A stretch of 50,690 nucleotides of DNA, counting the filler, from Ionaspis alba (Eukaryota): the NCBI GenBank assembly GCA_964255285.1. It is 2 parts of 2 records of this genome, joined end to end, with 100 filler letters (N's around TTAATTAATTAA, not from the genome) between each part and the next. Parts side by side here need not be neighbours in the genome. Positions count along the whole stretch, not along the records: positions 25,412 to 50,690 come from CAXUUL010000159.1; 1 more part is not named here. One strand, written 5' to 3'. Position 1 is the stretch's first letter, and every line of letters starts with the position of its first letter. A model generated the notes under the pieces. The model searched no databases. It was given only the letters and a program-made list of their open reading frames with translations, and was not told the DNA's origin. Positions 37,842-49,344 of the stretch are shown here, in pieces. The translations under genes were made by a program, and so were the position numbers.

Positions 37842-39723
37842 ATGCCACGAAATCGCGTTGTCAACAATCTAGATCACGTGCCAACTGACCTGTAAGCTAC
37901 AAAAGTTCCTTCCCCCCCCCCGACGAAAGCCCAGGAAGCTTCCAAAGCACGCGCCATTACGAATTGCTTCTACCTATCGGTATAGTAATCTCCCTCCTCC
38001 CATCTTGGCCGACGACCCTTATGAGATCTTTACCCTGTTCTTCGACGATGAAACCCTTACTATCCTCGCCAACAATGCCAATGAGAACGCCTAAGTACAT
38101 CCAGCTCCAGCCGATAAGCCTTATACGAGAACATGGTCTCCAACGATGAAAAAAGAGCTTCGCGCTTACATTACTGCTTACGTTTGGATGGGTATATATC
38201 TAGAGAAAGAAGTTAAGGACATTTGGAATACCGACCCAGCTAAAGGGTTAATACATGATATCGTTCGTTAGCATATCAGCTTGAAACATTGGGAACAAAT
38301 CCAAAAATTCTTCAACGCCTCCAAGCCTTTGCCTTAAGGCCAAAAGACTCCATTCGACAAGCTAAAGCCATTGAGCGAGCATTTGCGGAAGAAATTCAAG
38401 GACTACTGGCATATAGGGGCCCACCTAGCCGTTGACGAAACGACTTAACGATTCATGGGTCGTTCCAAAGAGACCGTCAATTTGCCCTCAAAGCCTATAC
38501 CTAAGGGCTTCAATATCTGGGTTGTGGCCAATCATGGCTATGTTCTTGACTGGCTCTACCATGCCAAAAGCGACGACGGAGGGCCGGTAGACCTTGATGA
38601 TTTCTGGATGGATGATAAAAGGTTCTCGTGACACAAGCGGTGGTATTAGACCTACTGAGTCAAGATGGTATCTCAAAGGACTTCTGCCATACAATATGGC
38701 TAGATAACCTATTCACGTCAGCCCGACTACTAGCTACATTGAAAGAGGAGGGCTTTAGTGCAGCAGGGACTGTTCGAACACAAAAACCCGCCCGAGAGGT
38801 ACCATAGAGACCTCAGGATCCACAATGCAGCGGAAGAAGCTACCAAAGGAGGCCAACAAAGGGTCGGATAATCCATTTCTGCCCTGAAATTGGAGCATAA
38901 CGCTCAACTGGAATAGGACAAATTGTACGGACGCTTGAGCCAAGACGGCCAAGTACTGGAATTCGCTTAGAAAGACCAAAATGTGGTGTTATTCATGACT
39001 ACTATTGACGATGGCCAGAATACAGTGACTAGATCTCGCCGTCAACCTACCAAAACAGCTACCAATGCGCGTACCTCTCGAGCCATATTCGGAGACGACG
39101 CTGTTAAGAAACTAGCAATACCCCAACTCATTGATATATACAACCATTTCATAGGAGGGGTCGACCAAGCCGACCAGCTCCGCTCCTATAATCATATACC
39201 GCGCATATCCGTCGAGAACTGGAAGCCGCTATAGCATTTTCTGTTGAATACCTCAAGTGTGAACCCTTAAAACATCAGCCATTGTATACCTCAACGGCCA
39301 TTCGGTGAACCATAGGATCATTCGACCCACAAGGCCTTTCGAACAAGGCTAGCCGCTCAACTATTCGCTCAGTCGAAACGACCATACACGATAAGTGTTC
39401 ATTCTAGAGCTACTCTCAAACGGCCTCTGCATGCGCAAGTACACCAAGCAAGCGCGGCCGACCATGATGAGCCGATGAGGGTAGGAGACAAACAGAAGAA
39501 ATGTTCTGTATGTGTAGCGAGAGGGAGTAATGTGAAGCCAGAGAATGAGAGACTAAAGAGAAAGCCTTTGGGAGAATTGTCTCAAAATACCATACAATTG
39601 GCCGCTGGTCGCGACAGGATACGCCCAAAGCAGTACCCCAAGGGGCTCTATGGGTGTCAGCTATGTGCTGTCTACGTATGTCGCAAAGGAGTTTGCTGGA
39701 GCGACTATATTCGAGCGATATGA
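37842..39723 (+). mobile_element. piggyBac-family transposase pseudogene (multiple stops and frameshifts)
   Basis: PYEIFTLFFDDE, HLAVDE (38422-38439), PSKPIPKGFNIW, WLDNLFTS, AAGTVR, YNHFIGGVDQADQLRSY and a C-terminal Cys-rich domain (CSVC...CQLCAVYVC...C). Confidence 0.92.
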
Positions 39724-39926
39724 TAGGTAGCTATGTATGAGGAATAGGGGGTGAGTTATCATGGAGGTCGTCGAGCGATGGGATAACTTCATCGCACTAA
39801 AAATCTCCCTCAAAGTGGCTCTATTACTACGAGCATTTTACTACGTAGAAGGATTCACCCCCCACCCCCTATACGGGCCATGCCCCCACGGGGGTCACCT
39901 ACCCTAGAGCACACCCGAACGTGGCT

Positions 39927-41696
39927 TTAATTACCATTGGTCTTTTGAATGCCAGCACACCCCTCGCAGTCAGCCTCCTCACAGATAGTGTAATGATTCC
40001 CTTTGACCTGTTCGATTCGCTTGTACAGACTTGCACAGATGAATCGATGTGGCTGTGATAAAGTGTATTGTTTATCCCTTCCCTTCACGTGGTCTGCCAG
40101 AGAGTTCATCTGACATAGTCGCATATGGGTTGGTGTTTTCCGTCCCTGAGTCACCCACAACTCTCTCCAATGTATTTCTTCCTGCTTCCTAAGAACATAG
40201 GTACACTTAATACGCATACTATACGCAGGATCGCAACGTCGTGCATTTGGAGCGCAAAGGGCAGAAGATGGCTGATTCTCCGCGAAGTCGACCTTGAGAA
40301 GGATACTGAGACCTTCTTGGCGTCGCATTATTTCACCGTCCTCGGTGAGGTAGGGAATTGGGATCTTCATGCCTCGGACGGTCAAATCAAGGGCTATCCG
40401 ATTCAAGTCATTCCGCCGATTAATTGTTTTCTCCCACCCTTGANNNNNNNNNNNNNNNNNNNNNNNNNNNNNNNNNNNNNNNNNNNNNNNNNNNNNNNNN
40501 NNNNNNNNNNNNNNNNNNNNNNNNNNNNNNNNNNNNNNNNNNNCTTGAAGCAAGGCTTCAGACGATGCATCTCCTTGAAGACGAATCTCTTGTTCACTCC
40601 GTCGCCGGCGATGCTCATTATCGATAACGTGGACCAAAGACTGACTAGACTCAAGAATGGAATCAACTGATGTCTTTAAATAACGACTCACCCAGCAAAG
40701 AAAGTCCCAGTCGAAGTCTGAACGTTTGAGAACCATCCCGGACCGCTTTTCCTGATCCCGATACATATAGAGTGCTGGGAAAGGCGCTGATCCTGGTTTG
40801 CCGCGACGATGTTTCTGTATAGTCGTCTCATGTGATTTGGCAGTGAAATCCTTACCACTTAACCAAAGAATGAAATCACATTGTACATCGAAGCGGATCG
40901 CGGCTAAGTGTCCAGACGTCGGGTTTCTATACCCGAATGACGGGTGGTCGATTTTTGCCACGATTCTCCGAAGCGTTGTTCCAGCTATATTGAATTCTAA
41001 TGCGAATTGAACATTGACATCTTCGCATGTGGAAAATGTAACAATCTTGGAAGATTTAGGAATCGCTTTGGTATAGGACTCCCAAGCGCATACTCCGCCG
41101 ATGATAAAGAGTGGACACGGAATAAGATCCAAGACATGTAATGAGAAGGAGTCATGACACGCACGTAACTTCCTTCCCCATGACTTCATAGGACAACCCA
41201 GGGGCCCTGCTGCCGCGCGCCAATGCCAATCAAAACAGAACGTGAATGCGTCTGAAAAGCCCTTCTGGGCAAGCACCTGAACGGATTGGTTATGGGTATC
41301 CCAGAATGGTCCCGCAATGAAGGTGTCCTCGTCTTCAGCCTTGTAATGCTGCACGTGCAATACCACACCAACTCCTGCATCCAGAGGTCCAGAATGTTGA
41401 ACCAGCTTTTGAGACTCTTTCTCGGATAGCTGGAGTTCTTCTTTTTCAAAATCGTGTCGCATCTTCTTAAATTTTGGATAGAGGTCCCCACCTTTCATCA
41501 TTGATAGATTTTGAGGGCTTAGAAAGTCGAAGACCGCTTGAATTTCAACTGAGTTTAGAGACCCAGTAATGGCGTCTGAAAATTGCTGAGCAAAGATTAA
41601 CGGACTTGATGACGAGAATGGCAGCTCTATCGTAGCTGCCGCTGCCGCTGCCGTCGCTCGATCACAGAGAGCAGAGAAAATAGTGCGAGAATCCAT
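39927..41696 (-). CDS. Uncharacterised fungal protein, about 554 aa if the gap is closed by the 5-bp overlap
   Basis: Long open frame on both sides of the 40444-40543 gap. The flanks share CTTGA, which gives a continuous ..SSEALLQGWEKT.. Confidence 0.7.
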   Translation of the reverse strand: MDSRTIFSALCDRATAAAAAATIELPFSSSSPLIFAQQFSDAITGSLNSVEIQAVFDFLSPQNLSMMKGGDLYPKFKKMRHDFEKEELQLSEKESQKLVQHSGPLDAGVGVVLHVQHYKAEDEDTFIAGPFWDTHNQSVQVLAQKGFSDAFTFCFDWHWRAAAGPLGCPMKSWGRKLRACHDSFSLHVLDLIPCPLFIIGGVCAWESYTKAIPKSSKIVTFSTCEDVNVQFALEFNIAGTTLRRIVAKIDHPSFGYRNPTSGHLAAIRFDVQCDFILWLSGKDFTAKSHETTIQKHRRGKPGSAPFPALYMYRDQEKRSGMVLKRSDFDWDFLCWVSRYLKTSVDSILESSQSLVHVIDNEHRRRRSEQEIRLQGDASSEALLQXXXXXXXXXXXXXXXXXXXXXXXXXXXXXXXXXXQGWEKTINRRNDLNRIALDLTVRGMKIPIPYLTEDGEIMRRQEGLSILLKVDFAENQPSSALCAPNARRCDPAYSMRIKCTYVLRKQEEIHWRELWVTQGRKTPTHMRLCQMNSLADHVKGRDKQYTLSQPHRFICASLYKRIEQVKGNHYTICEEADCEGCAGIQKTNGN

Positions 41697-42149
41697 ATCG
41701 CGAAAGGTGATATTGTTGAGTGACGCTTGTGTTTGGGAAATTTTGACAGCTATGGACTTCTTTCAAGGATACAAGATTATTTTTGACAACAAAGGAATGT
41801 CAGGACCGTGCACAGAGCGAGTCGATGTGGGTGTTGAATTGAAAAGACAACTAACGAAGGAGAGAAGAAGAGGATTGGAGAAGCCCAGACTACTGAAAGT
41901 AAATATATGACCGCTGTATAGAACACACGCCAAGTGTCAGGCACAAAGGAGCATGACACAGTGTCTGGTGTCGAATACGGACAAAGGGTGCTGAATGCAT
42001 GCGACAACACTTGCATCAACACCTGTCACGAGGCCGATCGTGATAGGAAATAACACTGAAAGAAGTGACATAGGCTACATCACATGTGCATGGACTAATT
42101 AAAAAGTCAACCGACATCTGTTCCTATATACTGTATACTTGTATCAACA

Positions 42150-42775
42150 CATAATATGTAACAAGGAGGGCAGCTCAAGCCGAATAATGGGGATCCATTT
42201 CCGACTCTACTAAGTGCGGCCATACACTGCCTTACGATGCTCACTCNNNNNNNNNNNNNNNNNNNNNNNNNNNNNNNNNNNNNNNNNNNNNNNNNNNNNN
42301 NNNNNNNNNNNNNNNNNNNNNNNNNNNNNNNNNNNNNNNNNNNNNNCTCCCTCATGCTCCCCCTGTACTCAACCAGTGCTCCTCCGCTATGCCGCTTTAG
42401 AAGGAGCCGCGAGGGAGCCGGCGGGAGCAGGGGAAGGCAGAGGGAGAGCACATCAACGAAACAGTCTCTAGCGGGGGAGCAAAGCGGCGGCATCTGAGTC
42501 AGCGATCGGTCACGTGTTGGCTTAGGTTCGGGGATGCTATATATCTATATACACACCCCGAACTTAGGATCTGAGATTACCGCTTTCGTTCGGGAAAGGG
42601 AGCAGGGCCGCTTTAAAGGGAGTAGCGAGGGAGCATCGAGGGAGCACGGGGGAGCATCGAGAGAGCAGCGAGGGAGCAAGGGGGAGCACTATGGGGCAGT
42701 GCAGGGGCGTAGCAGGTGGGAGCCTGAAATAGATTCCCTGGCCTTCGGCTCAAGCTGTCCTCATTGTTTTTTAAT
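42150..42775. repeat. Back-to-back copies of the GGGAGCA repeat family (minus copy about 42150-42390, partial plus copy 42391-42533, plus copy 42556-42775)
   Basis: The reverse complement of 42150-42246 (GAGCATCGTAAGGCAGTGTATGG..GAAATGGATCCCC..TTCGGCTTGAGCTG) aligns with 42685-42770. TTAGGTTCGGGG and CCCCGAACTTAG face each other across a TA-rich spacer. Confidence 0.85.
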
Positions 42776-43093
42776 ACCTTAAGCCCCGCCTACTGCCTAG
42801 ACTTCGCTACTTCCGTAGAATCCTTCGAGAGTTGAAGCAATTGGGGGATCTCCAGCAAGGCTCCCGTAATAGATTAGCCGTTGTGCCCTGCCAAGCTATC
42901 CCCAGTAGGCAGAACCAACTTAACTTCCTTACGCAACTACAATTCCGTTATAAGCTATGCGATTACAGTATGAACGCGCGACCGCTTCAGGAACGAACGA
43001 CTACTCATAGATACCGTCAACAGATCATTTTTCATACTCCACACGGTCCTGAACCCTTCAGCCCGGCAGTCGTCGCCAAGTGCCAACATCCAT

Positions 43094-45220
43094 ATGGCGG
43101 GCGCAACTTACAGCTCGCTGCAGTCAGAACATGAATTGTCAGAGCTACGTATTGGCGCTGAATCTGGAAGAGGCATGACGAGAAATGAGCCATCTTCAAA
43201 GGACCTGGTGCTACGATGGTGGGCTTGGGAACTTGTCATGGGCAGCCTCGCACTCATCGCGTTCGTGAGCCTGGTCATCGTCCTGGCCGTGGAAGATGGG
43301 ACTCCATCGCGAAACTTTGGGCCACTCACCTTGAACGCTATCGACACTATCCTTACTACCGTAATTGGCAGCGCGATGATGGAGTTCACTGGAGCTGCAC
43401 TCAGTCAGAATTCGTGGAATTACTTCGGACAGTATCGCAAAAAGCTCAATGGGGGCATTGTGAGCGTAGTGAGACCTGCTGAAGATCTCAACTTGCTTGA
43501 CGAAGCCTCGAGAGGCCCCGTCGGCAGCTTGCAGCTAATATTGCGGCGAGGACCACTGTCAGTGCCCTGAACCTAGCCTCTGGTTAGTAAAAGCAGCATG
43601 CTGACGTAGAGCAGAAGCCTTGCAGCTCTGGGCGCAGCAGTCACAATATTGAACACTGTCTTTGCTACCTTCACGCAGCAGCTGGTGTCTCTTGAGACGC
43701 TGGACGCTGCCAATGGAACGGCCAGACCATTTCCCCAATGTCGGCAATACGACGCTACTAGCGTTGTCGACAGCTCCACCAAAGCTGCCATCATTGCTTC
43801 GAGTGTGCAGGGCAACAATGCTGTGCCCTTACAACCGCAGTGTCCGACCGGGAATTGTACCTTTCCTCACAACATTCCAACACTCGCCATCTGTGGTAGC
43901 TGCACAGATGTCACAGATCGTCTTGACAACGGTAACACTTGCGACTGGTCTCTATCGGCCAATAAGCCTGAAGGCAAACCATGCGTTTACAAGCTGCCAA
44001 ATGGACCTTCACTAGAGTTTTTACCAGCTCATAGCGTTGACACAAGGCCAGGACCCTTTGCGATCTGGAACGCTACCAACCTCCTAGGTGCTAACGGCGA
44101 CGGCGATCTGACCGTCAAACGACCGGATTTGTCATCTCTCGCCTATAGCGACGCTTCGGTCGTGTATGTCATGAAGTTCGCAACGATTGGACTGCCCCCG
44201 AGTGTTGCAGATCCACTGCTCCGCCATAGTGCCGCAGACCACGGGAGTCTACCGAAGATGCAAGCTCAAGAGTGTGCTCTTTGGTTCTGTACGTAGCAAG
44301 GGCATGACGAAGGTATGGCTTACTGATTCTGATAGGTCTTAACTCTTACGAGGTGTCAGTCTCGATGGGTCGAGCAAGCGTCAATCTCACCAAAAGCACC
44401 TCGAAAATGACCCCTCAGAGCACCAGCGGAACGAGTCCAGACAGTCTGCTCACAGGACCTAGCTTCATCGACTATGACGGCTTCGACATCCATCCTCCGC
44501 CACGAAACTCTATCGATGCATACGGACTAAGAAGCAACTTTGCCTGGAATTCGATGCAGGCAGCCACCGCAATGCTGCTTCCAAGGAACAACAGTTATGT
44601 ATGGGGAGCCCCCGGGTACTTTGGTGGCTTCAATTATGGGAATAATACCGACAATGTCTTGTCCCTGATCGAGGGCGTTTACCAGCATAGCGGCAATCTG
44701 CAGAACTGGACGCTAAACCTTGCAGCAGCCTTGACAAGCAACCTCGGCGAAGTAGCTCCCGCAAATGACCGCTCTTTCGCTAACGGTACAGCTTACTATG
44801 ATGGCACAGCCACAAGGTCCGAAACATTCTTCAAGATTCGATGGGGTGAGTCATCCTGGTCAAGATCGTCCAGAAGCTGCTGACGATGTCGAAGAATGGA
44901 TATCCCTTCCAATCCTCGTACTTATTCTGGCTTTTGCTTTCTTCCTAGTCACGGTGTTTCAAACTCAGCGAAGGAATGTACGACCCTGGAAAGCGAACCC
45001 GTTGGTCATGCTTCTTGCGGACGTGGATGAGGAGCTGAGACACCAATCTGCGGTCAGTGGTGGATTGGAGAAAGTGAAAGGTCTAAGTAATTCCGTCGCG
45101 AAGGCCAGATTGGGTCTACATTGGCCGGTAGCAGGCGGGCTGCTGTTCACCAGTGGCGCTCACCGCGATGAAAATGCTTCGAAGCGAAATGTCACAAACA
45201 TGACTGAGCAGCATGACTGA
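43094..45220 (+). CDS. DUF3176-family membrane protein, multi-exon
   Basis: WWAWEL, LTLNAI, ALSQxxW, DEASRGPVGSL, CPTGNCTF, TLAICGSCTDVT, ECALWFC, IRW|EWISLP and RPWKANPL. Confidence 0.85.
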
Positions 45221-45319
45221 GTCAGCAGCATGTCATTTGGTAGGCTAGTTACATTCGGAATACGCAAGTCTCGCCTCCCCTCTCGTTGAACCCACCAACG
45301 TTCAAGGCATCTTTAGGGA

Positions 45320-45450
45320 AGAACAACTCCTTTCACACTTCGACCTACAGGAGCGACGGCACCTACCAGCTTGAAGGAGAATGCGATATCCATGAATCGA
45401 TGAGTGGTGCAGGATTTGGCCAGGGTCAAGAGCAGGCATCACGCTGAGCT
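45320..45450 (+). pseudogene. Remnant of the C-terminus of a HET-6-like protein
   Basis: GRTTPFTLRPT, then a frameshift, then SDGTYQLEGECDIHESMSG. This resembles the P.vLRp...y.lvGecyvhg.M.G tail of HET proteins. Confidence 0.5.
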
Positions 45451-45827
45451 GAGGCTAGTACGGAGCTGACGATACATTGAGAATCAGGCAGTGAAAGTTT
45501 TCTTCACCAAGACTGAACCCCACTGCCGACCAGACCCATTGCATCTACTAATGTCCTTGAAGCCTTCTACAAAGCTTCCAGACGACATGCTCACACCTCG
45601 GACGGCTGCCGTGACTACGACGTCGCCAGACGCTCGGATTGACCCCGCATCCCCAAGTAGCAAATGAACAGTTGGAGGAACCATATCTTGGAGATCCTGA
45701 GATCCTGAGGAGTTGAGTCCGTCAAGACGTCAAGAAAAAACGAGGCTTCAACTATCTTTCTATTCCCTTCGTGAATCTCCCATTTCGAGCAAGCGAATGC
45801 CTCATACTTCACCCTCGTTGTCCCATC

Positions 45828-46320
45828 ATGTCCACACAAACAGTCTTCTCCCGTGGCATCTACCACTGCCTTCCCACCTTCTCCCCTCCCCCCACTAATA
45901 ACGGCTACACGGCAATAACCACCGGCGCCGATGGCATCTCAGGCTACTACATGCTCCGCGTCCTCTCGCAATCCCCTGCCCGCTGGTCCAAGATCTACTG
46001 CCTCTCACGCCGCCCACCACTTATCCCAGGCAGCCTTCCCAACAACGCCGAGCATATCGCGCTTGACTTTCTCAAGCAGCCCGAGGAGATCGCCAACACG
46101 TTGAAGGAGAAAGGGTCCAAGCAAGTTGACTATGTGTTCTTCTTCAGCTAAAGTCCCGCCGAAGGAGGGGGGCGGGCTGTGGAGTGACGCTGAGGAGGTA
46201 AAACCCTTCTGTTTGCCTGCTCTTTGACTTCCCGTCTCTTCCCCGCAAACTTGAAAGCAAAAAGAAGGGAAGTATACTCGAACCCACACTGAGTTATGAA
46301 CCAGATGTGCAGAGTCAACT
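45828..46320 (+). pseudogene. 5' fragment of a PRISE-like (progesterone 5-beta-reductase family) NAD(P)-dependent short-chain reductase
   Basis: TAITTGADGISG Rossmann motif, WSKIYCLSRR and VDYVFFFS*, then PPKEGGGLWSDAEE|MCRVN; truncated afterwards. Confidence 0.8.
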
Positions 46321-46343
46321 GCTACTAACTAGTCGGCGACTAG

Positions 46344-46688
46344 GAGATCAGTGTCGAGCGGGAATATGATGGGGAATACTCTCAGGTCCACGTGCGGGCG
46401 GGCACCTCAGACGACAGCTGTGTCACAATATTCTCCAAGAGCGGTCGAAATTTGACTATGGATCGGAAGTCCCTTCTTCCCACAATGAAGAATTGTCTCA
46501 GCGTGGATACGCCAGATTGCAGGATTCAACGACAGTGCATCCTGGTGGGAGAGTTGTTGGTATGGAATGATCGCACGCAAGAGATCATGCCATTCTTCAA
46601 AGTCCGGAGATACGTCACCCGGGAAGGACACCATTTAGGCTGTGATCAAGACTCTCCTCGTTCCCCTGACGAGAATAAGGCTGTTTGA
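46344..46688 (+). pseudogene. Internal fragment of a fungal ATP-dependent DNA ligase (adenylation domain)
   Basis: SVEREYDGEYSQVHV (motif I KxDG with Lys replaced by Glu, 46362-46373), IFSKSGR and CILVGELLVW (motif III). Confidence 0.75.
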
Positions 46689-46899
46689 TACTGAATTGAA
46701 TATCCTAATTCCCCTGAGACTGCTTCGAATCAGCAACCACTAATGGTAGGAACACCATCCTCCTGATTCCGGAGACTGGGATTGACATCGACCGAGACCT
46801 CGAGGCTTCCATAGTGGAGCTATTACCTGAGGAAGACTCAACCGCTGGGGAGGCTCCGAAGAAGCGAGGTCGTCGATGACATTAGCGATGTTCATCAGC

Positions 46900-47095
46900 G
46901 ATGACATTGCATCAGCATAGCCAGCTTTTGCCAATTTGAGAATCCCTGTCGATTTTGGTGTCTGCGTAATAGTGTGATCAGGGTGCCACTTGCGCAGTAC
47001 GTCAATAATGCCAATATTGGTCAGTATTCCCGATTTCGAGAAGTGGCTTCGCAGCTCTTTCATCACACTGGGGTGTGGGTCGCCATCGCAGGGCT
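46900..47095 (-). pseudogene. Possible N-terminal fragment of a fungal AAA+ ATPase
   Basis: HFSKSGILTNIGIIDVLRKWHPDHTITQT..GILKLAKAGYADA resembles the N-terminus of a fungal AAA family; no P-loop is present. Confidence 0.35.
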
Positions 47096-47559
47096 GCTGT
47101 ATTCGCTCTGGTGAGGCTGCTAGGGCAATATTCTTTGCCACAACGCTCCTCAACAAGACTTTCTGATTGCGGGGACAGAAGAGTCGAAATTGTTCGAGAA
47201 CCCGGCGTGTGCAAACGTGGCGGTGAGCCATGACACGTGTGCCCGGCCATGAGTTTTCTGAAATTGGCGTAGCTGCAGTCCAGCTGCTCCTGTAATCAAC
47301 CAAGCCACTGGTGGTGGACCACAGTCGTAGAACGAAATTAAGGATTGTCCAGTTCAAGCGACCACATACTAGTGTCTGAAATGTGTCATACAAGCAACGT
47401 TGCCCTCCGCGTAGACTACTGACCAAGCGGCAAAGAGTAGGCGCATTGAGTTCACACTTTGATGGCATGCCTTATAGCACAATATCTAACGTGTGGGTTT
47501 TCGCGAGGAAGTTATGTTGGTTCTGCGTACTCCGGGGTGTCTTGGCAGGGCTGAACGGG

Positions 47560-47846
47560 CTCGACGGGCTCTGCTCCCCCTTGCTCCCTCNNNNNNNNNN
47601 NNNNNNNNNNNNNNNNNNNNNNNNNNNNNNNNNNNNNNNNNNNNNNNNNNNNNNNNNNNNNNNNNNNNNNNNNNNNNNNNNNNNNNNNNNTTGCTCCCTC
47701 GATGCTCCCTCGATGCTGCCTCTAAAGCGGCCCTGCTCCCTTTCCCGTCCCGGAACGGCAATTTCAGATCCTAAGTTCGGGTATTCCTGAGCACGAGGGA
47801 GCAATGAGGGAGCAGGGGAGAGCAGCGAGGGAGCATGGGGGAGCAG
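47560..47846. repeat. GGGAGCA repeat family: minus copy (terminus at 47781) abutting a plus-strand GGGAGCA run (47791-47846)
   Basis: The reverse complement reads CCCGAACTTAGGATCTGAAATTGCCGTTCCGGGACGGGAAAGGGAGCAGGGCCGCTTTAGAGG. Confidence 0.85.
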
Positions 47847-47959
47847 ATTGCAGAGAAAACCATTCCTTGCCTCTGGACTACGATACGAAATGGCTGAATG
47901 CTCCAGCGGAGTACCTCCTCAAAGACTGATGTACGCTGCACAGCGCTTTATCTCATAGT

Positions 47960-48959
47960 GTGATCGATAAAGATAAATCTAGAATCATGATGTTTCTGTT
48001 CACTCTGACTTATTTCCAGCACGCGATACAAGAGCTTGTCCAGACACTTCTGACTTTCGCAACGGTCCCCGAGCTTCGTGCGACAAGATCACCTGATTTT
48101 GCTTCTTTCCAACTATCGCATGACTACAGACCGGATAAAGCGAAATTGATAGACATGACTAATAATAGGGGCCGCGCGTTCTATCTGTGTCCGAAATCCA
48201 ACCTGCCTCAATTCTCTTACGAAACAATCGCAGAGACTGATCAGCGTCGAAGGAATGAATACGAAGCGGCAGTGAAGAAATGTGTCGGCCGCTTCACGAA
48301 CGCCCTCATTGGCCAGTGATCTGAAGCAAATGTTTGCAATTCAGTGAGCCTTGATTTCGACATCTATATTTTCGTAGAGAAGGCCACAAATGATGTGGGG
48401 AGCCACAACGTCCTTTCTTCGGCCTGTCCACTGGGTCGCAAGTGCAAAGAACGTCAACACGGTCGAATGCGCGGTGCTAAGCCCATACGAAGCTCACACA
48501 TTACTGCCATCCATACGCCAGCACAAGATGATCACCTTGCATGTTTACTCACCTCGTGTCAGCATGTCTGTGCGTATATTAGAAGATCTCTCGTTTTGCG
48601 CCATTCCTGCGATACCCAAATGTCGGCCCCACCCATCTTTCGTCATGCAGCTCAATATATTTGCAGATCAGCTCTATTTGAGAAGCTACGAGAAGTATCT
48701 GTCGGTCTGTCGGTTCTTGAGGCTGTGTTTTCGCTCGCCGTGCGAGCAAATTCAGATCGGCTGCGACGGATTCGTCAGATTAACTTGCAGGCCAGAGTTC
48801 GACGCAATCATGAAGAAAGAACGTCTCTTTCGAACCAGTCCAGTTGAGTTTCTGAGAATGCTGATTGCGTTGAGAAGAAAAAGACAGAATTATCAAAAGT
48901 CTGATTTTTATAGAATTCTGCATGGTGAATTGCTTGTCAAAGAACAGTTCCGAGAATGA
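47960..48959 (+). pseudogene. Internally deleted remnant of a large DUF3638/DUF3645-type protein
   Basis: FLRPVHWV, VLSPYEA, LHVYSPRV, QLNIFADQLY, CDGFV and SPVEFLRML match the C-terminus of this family. An upstream piece (LVQTLLTFATVPEL) is fused directly to it. Confidence 0.7.
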
Positions 48960-49344
48960 AGAAATTCGAGTCACTAGCGATCTCGCAACATATGATTGAG
49001 CTATGTGACGGTGCCTATCTTTCTGTTCCTTTCACTCATCTGAATACTCTGTTCTTTACCATTTTGTGTCACGAGATATTGAACAAACGCTGAATGAGGA
49101 GATTGTCCGTAAAATTTATCGATTTTCTACACAGGAAATCGATCTCGTTCTCACCCTTACTCATATCTGGAAAATAGTTACCAGTGAAAGCTTCTGGAAC
49201 GCACCCCAATGATCCACACCAGATGTGGTGCACTTGTTGGCACAGGACGACGCCAAGAGCCGTCAGCTGGTCTCGAGCAGCGAATTGGAGGAGCCTATCC
49301 ATTAGTAAGCTTGAGCCTGGCGACAGAATGCTGTTATTAATAAC

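Noticed and set aside
37616..39930. piggyBac termini at TTAA sites 37616-37619 and 39927-39930
   Set aside because: Both TTAA sites exist, but the sequences inside them do not form a convincing inverted repeat, so the element ends were not called.
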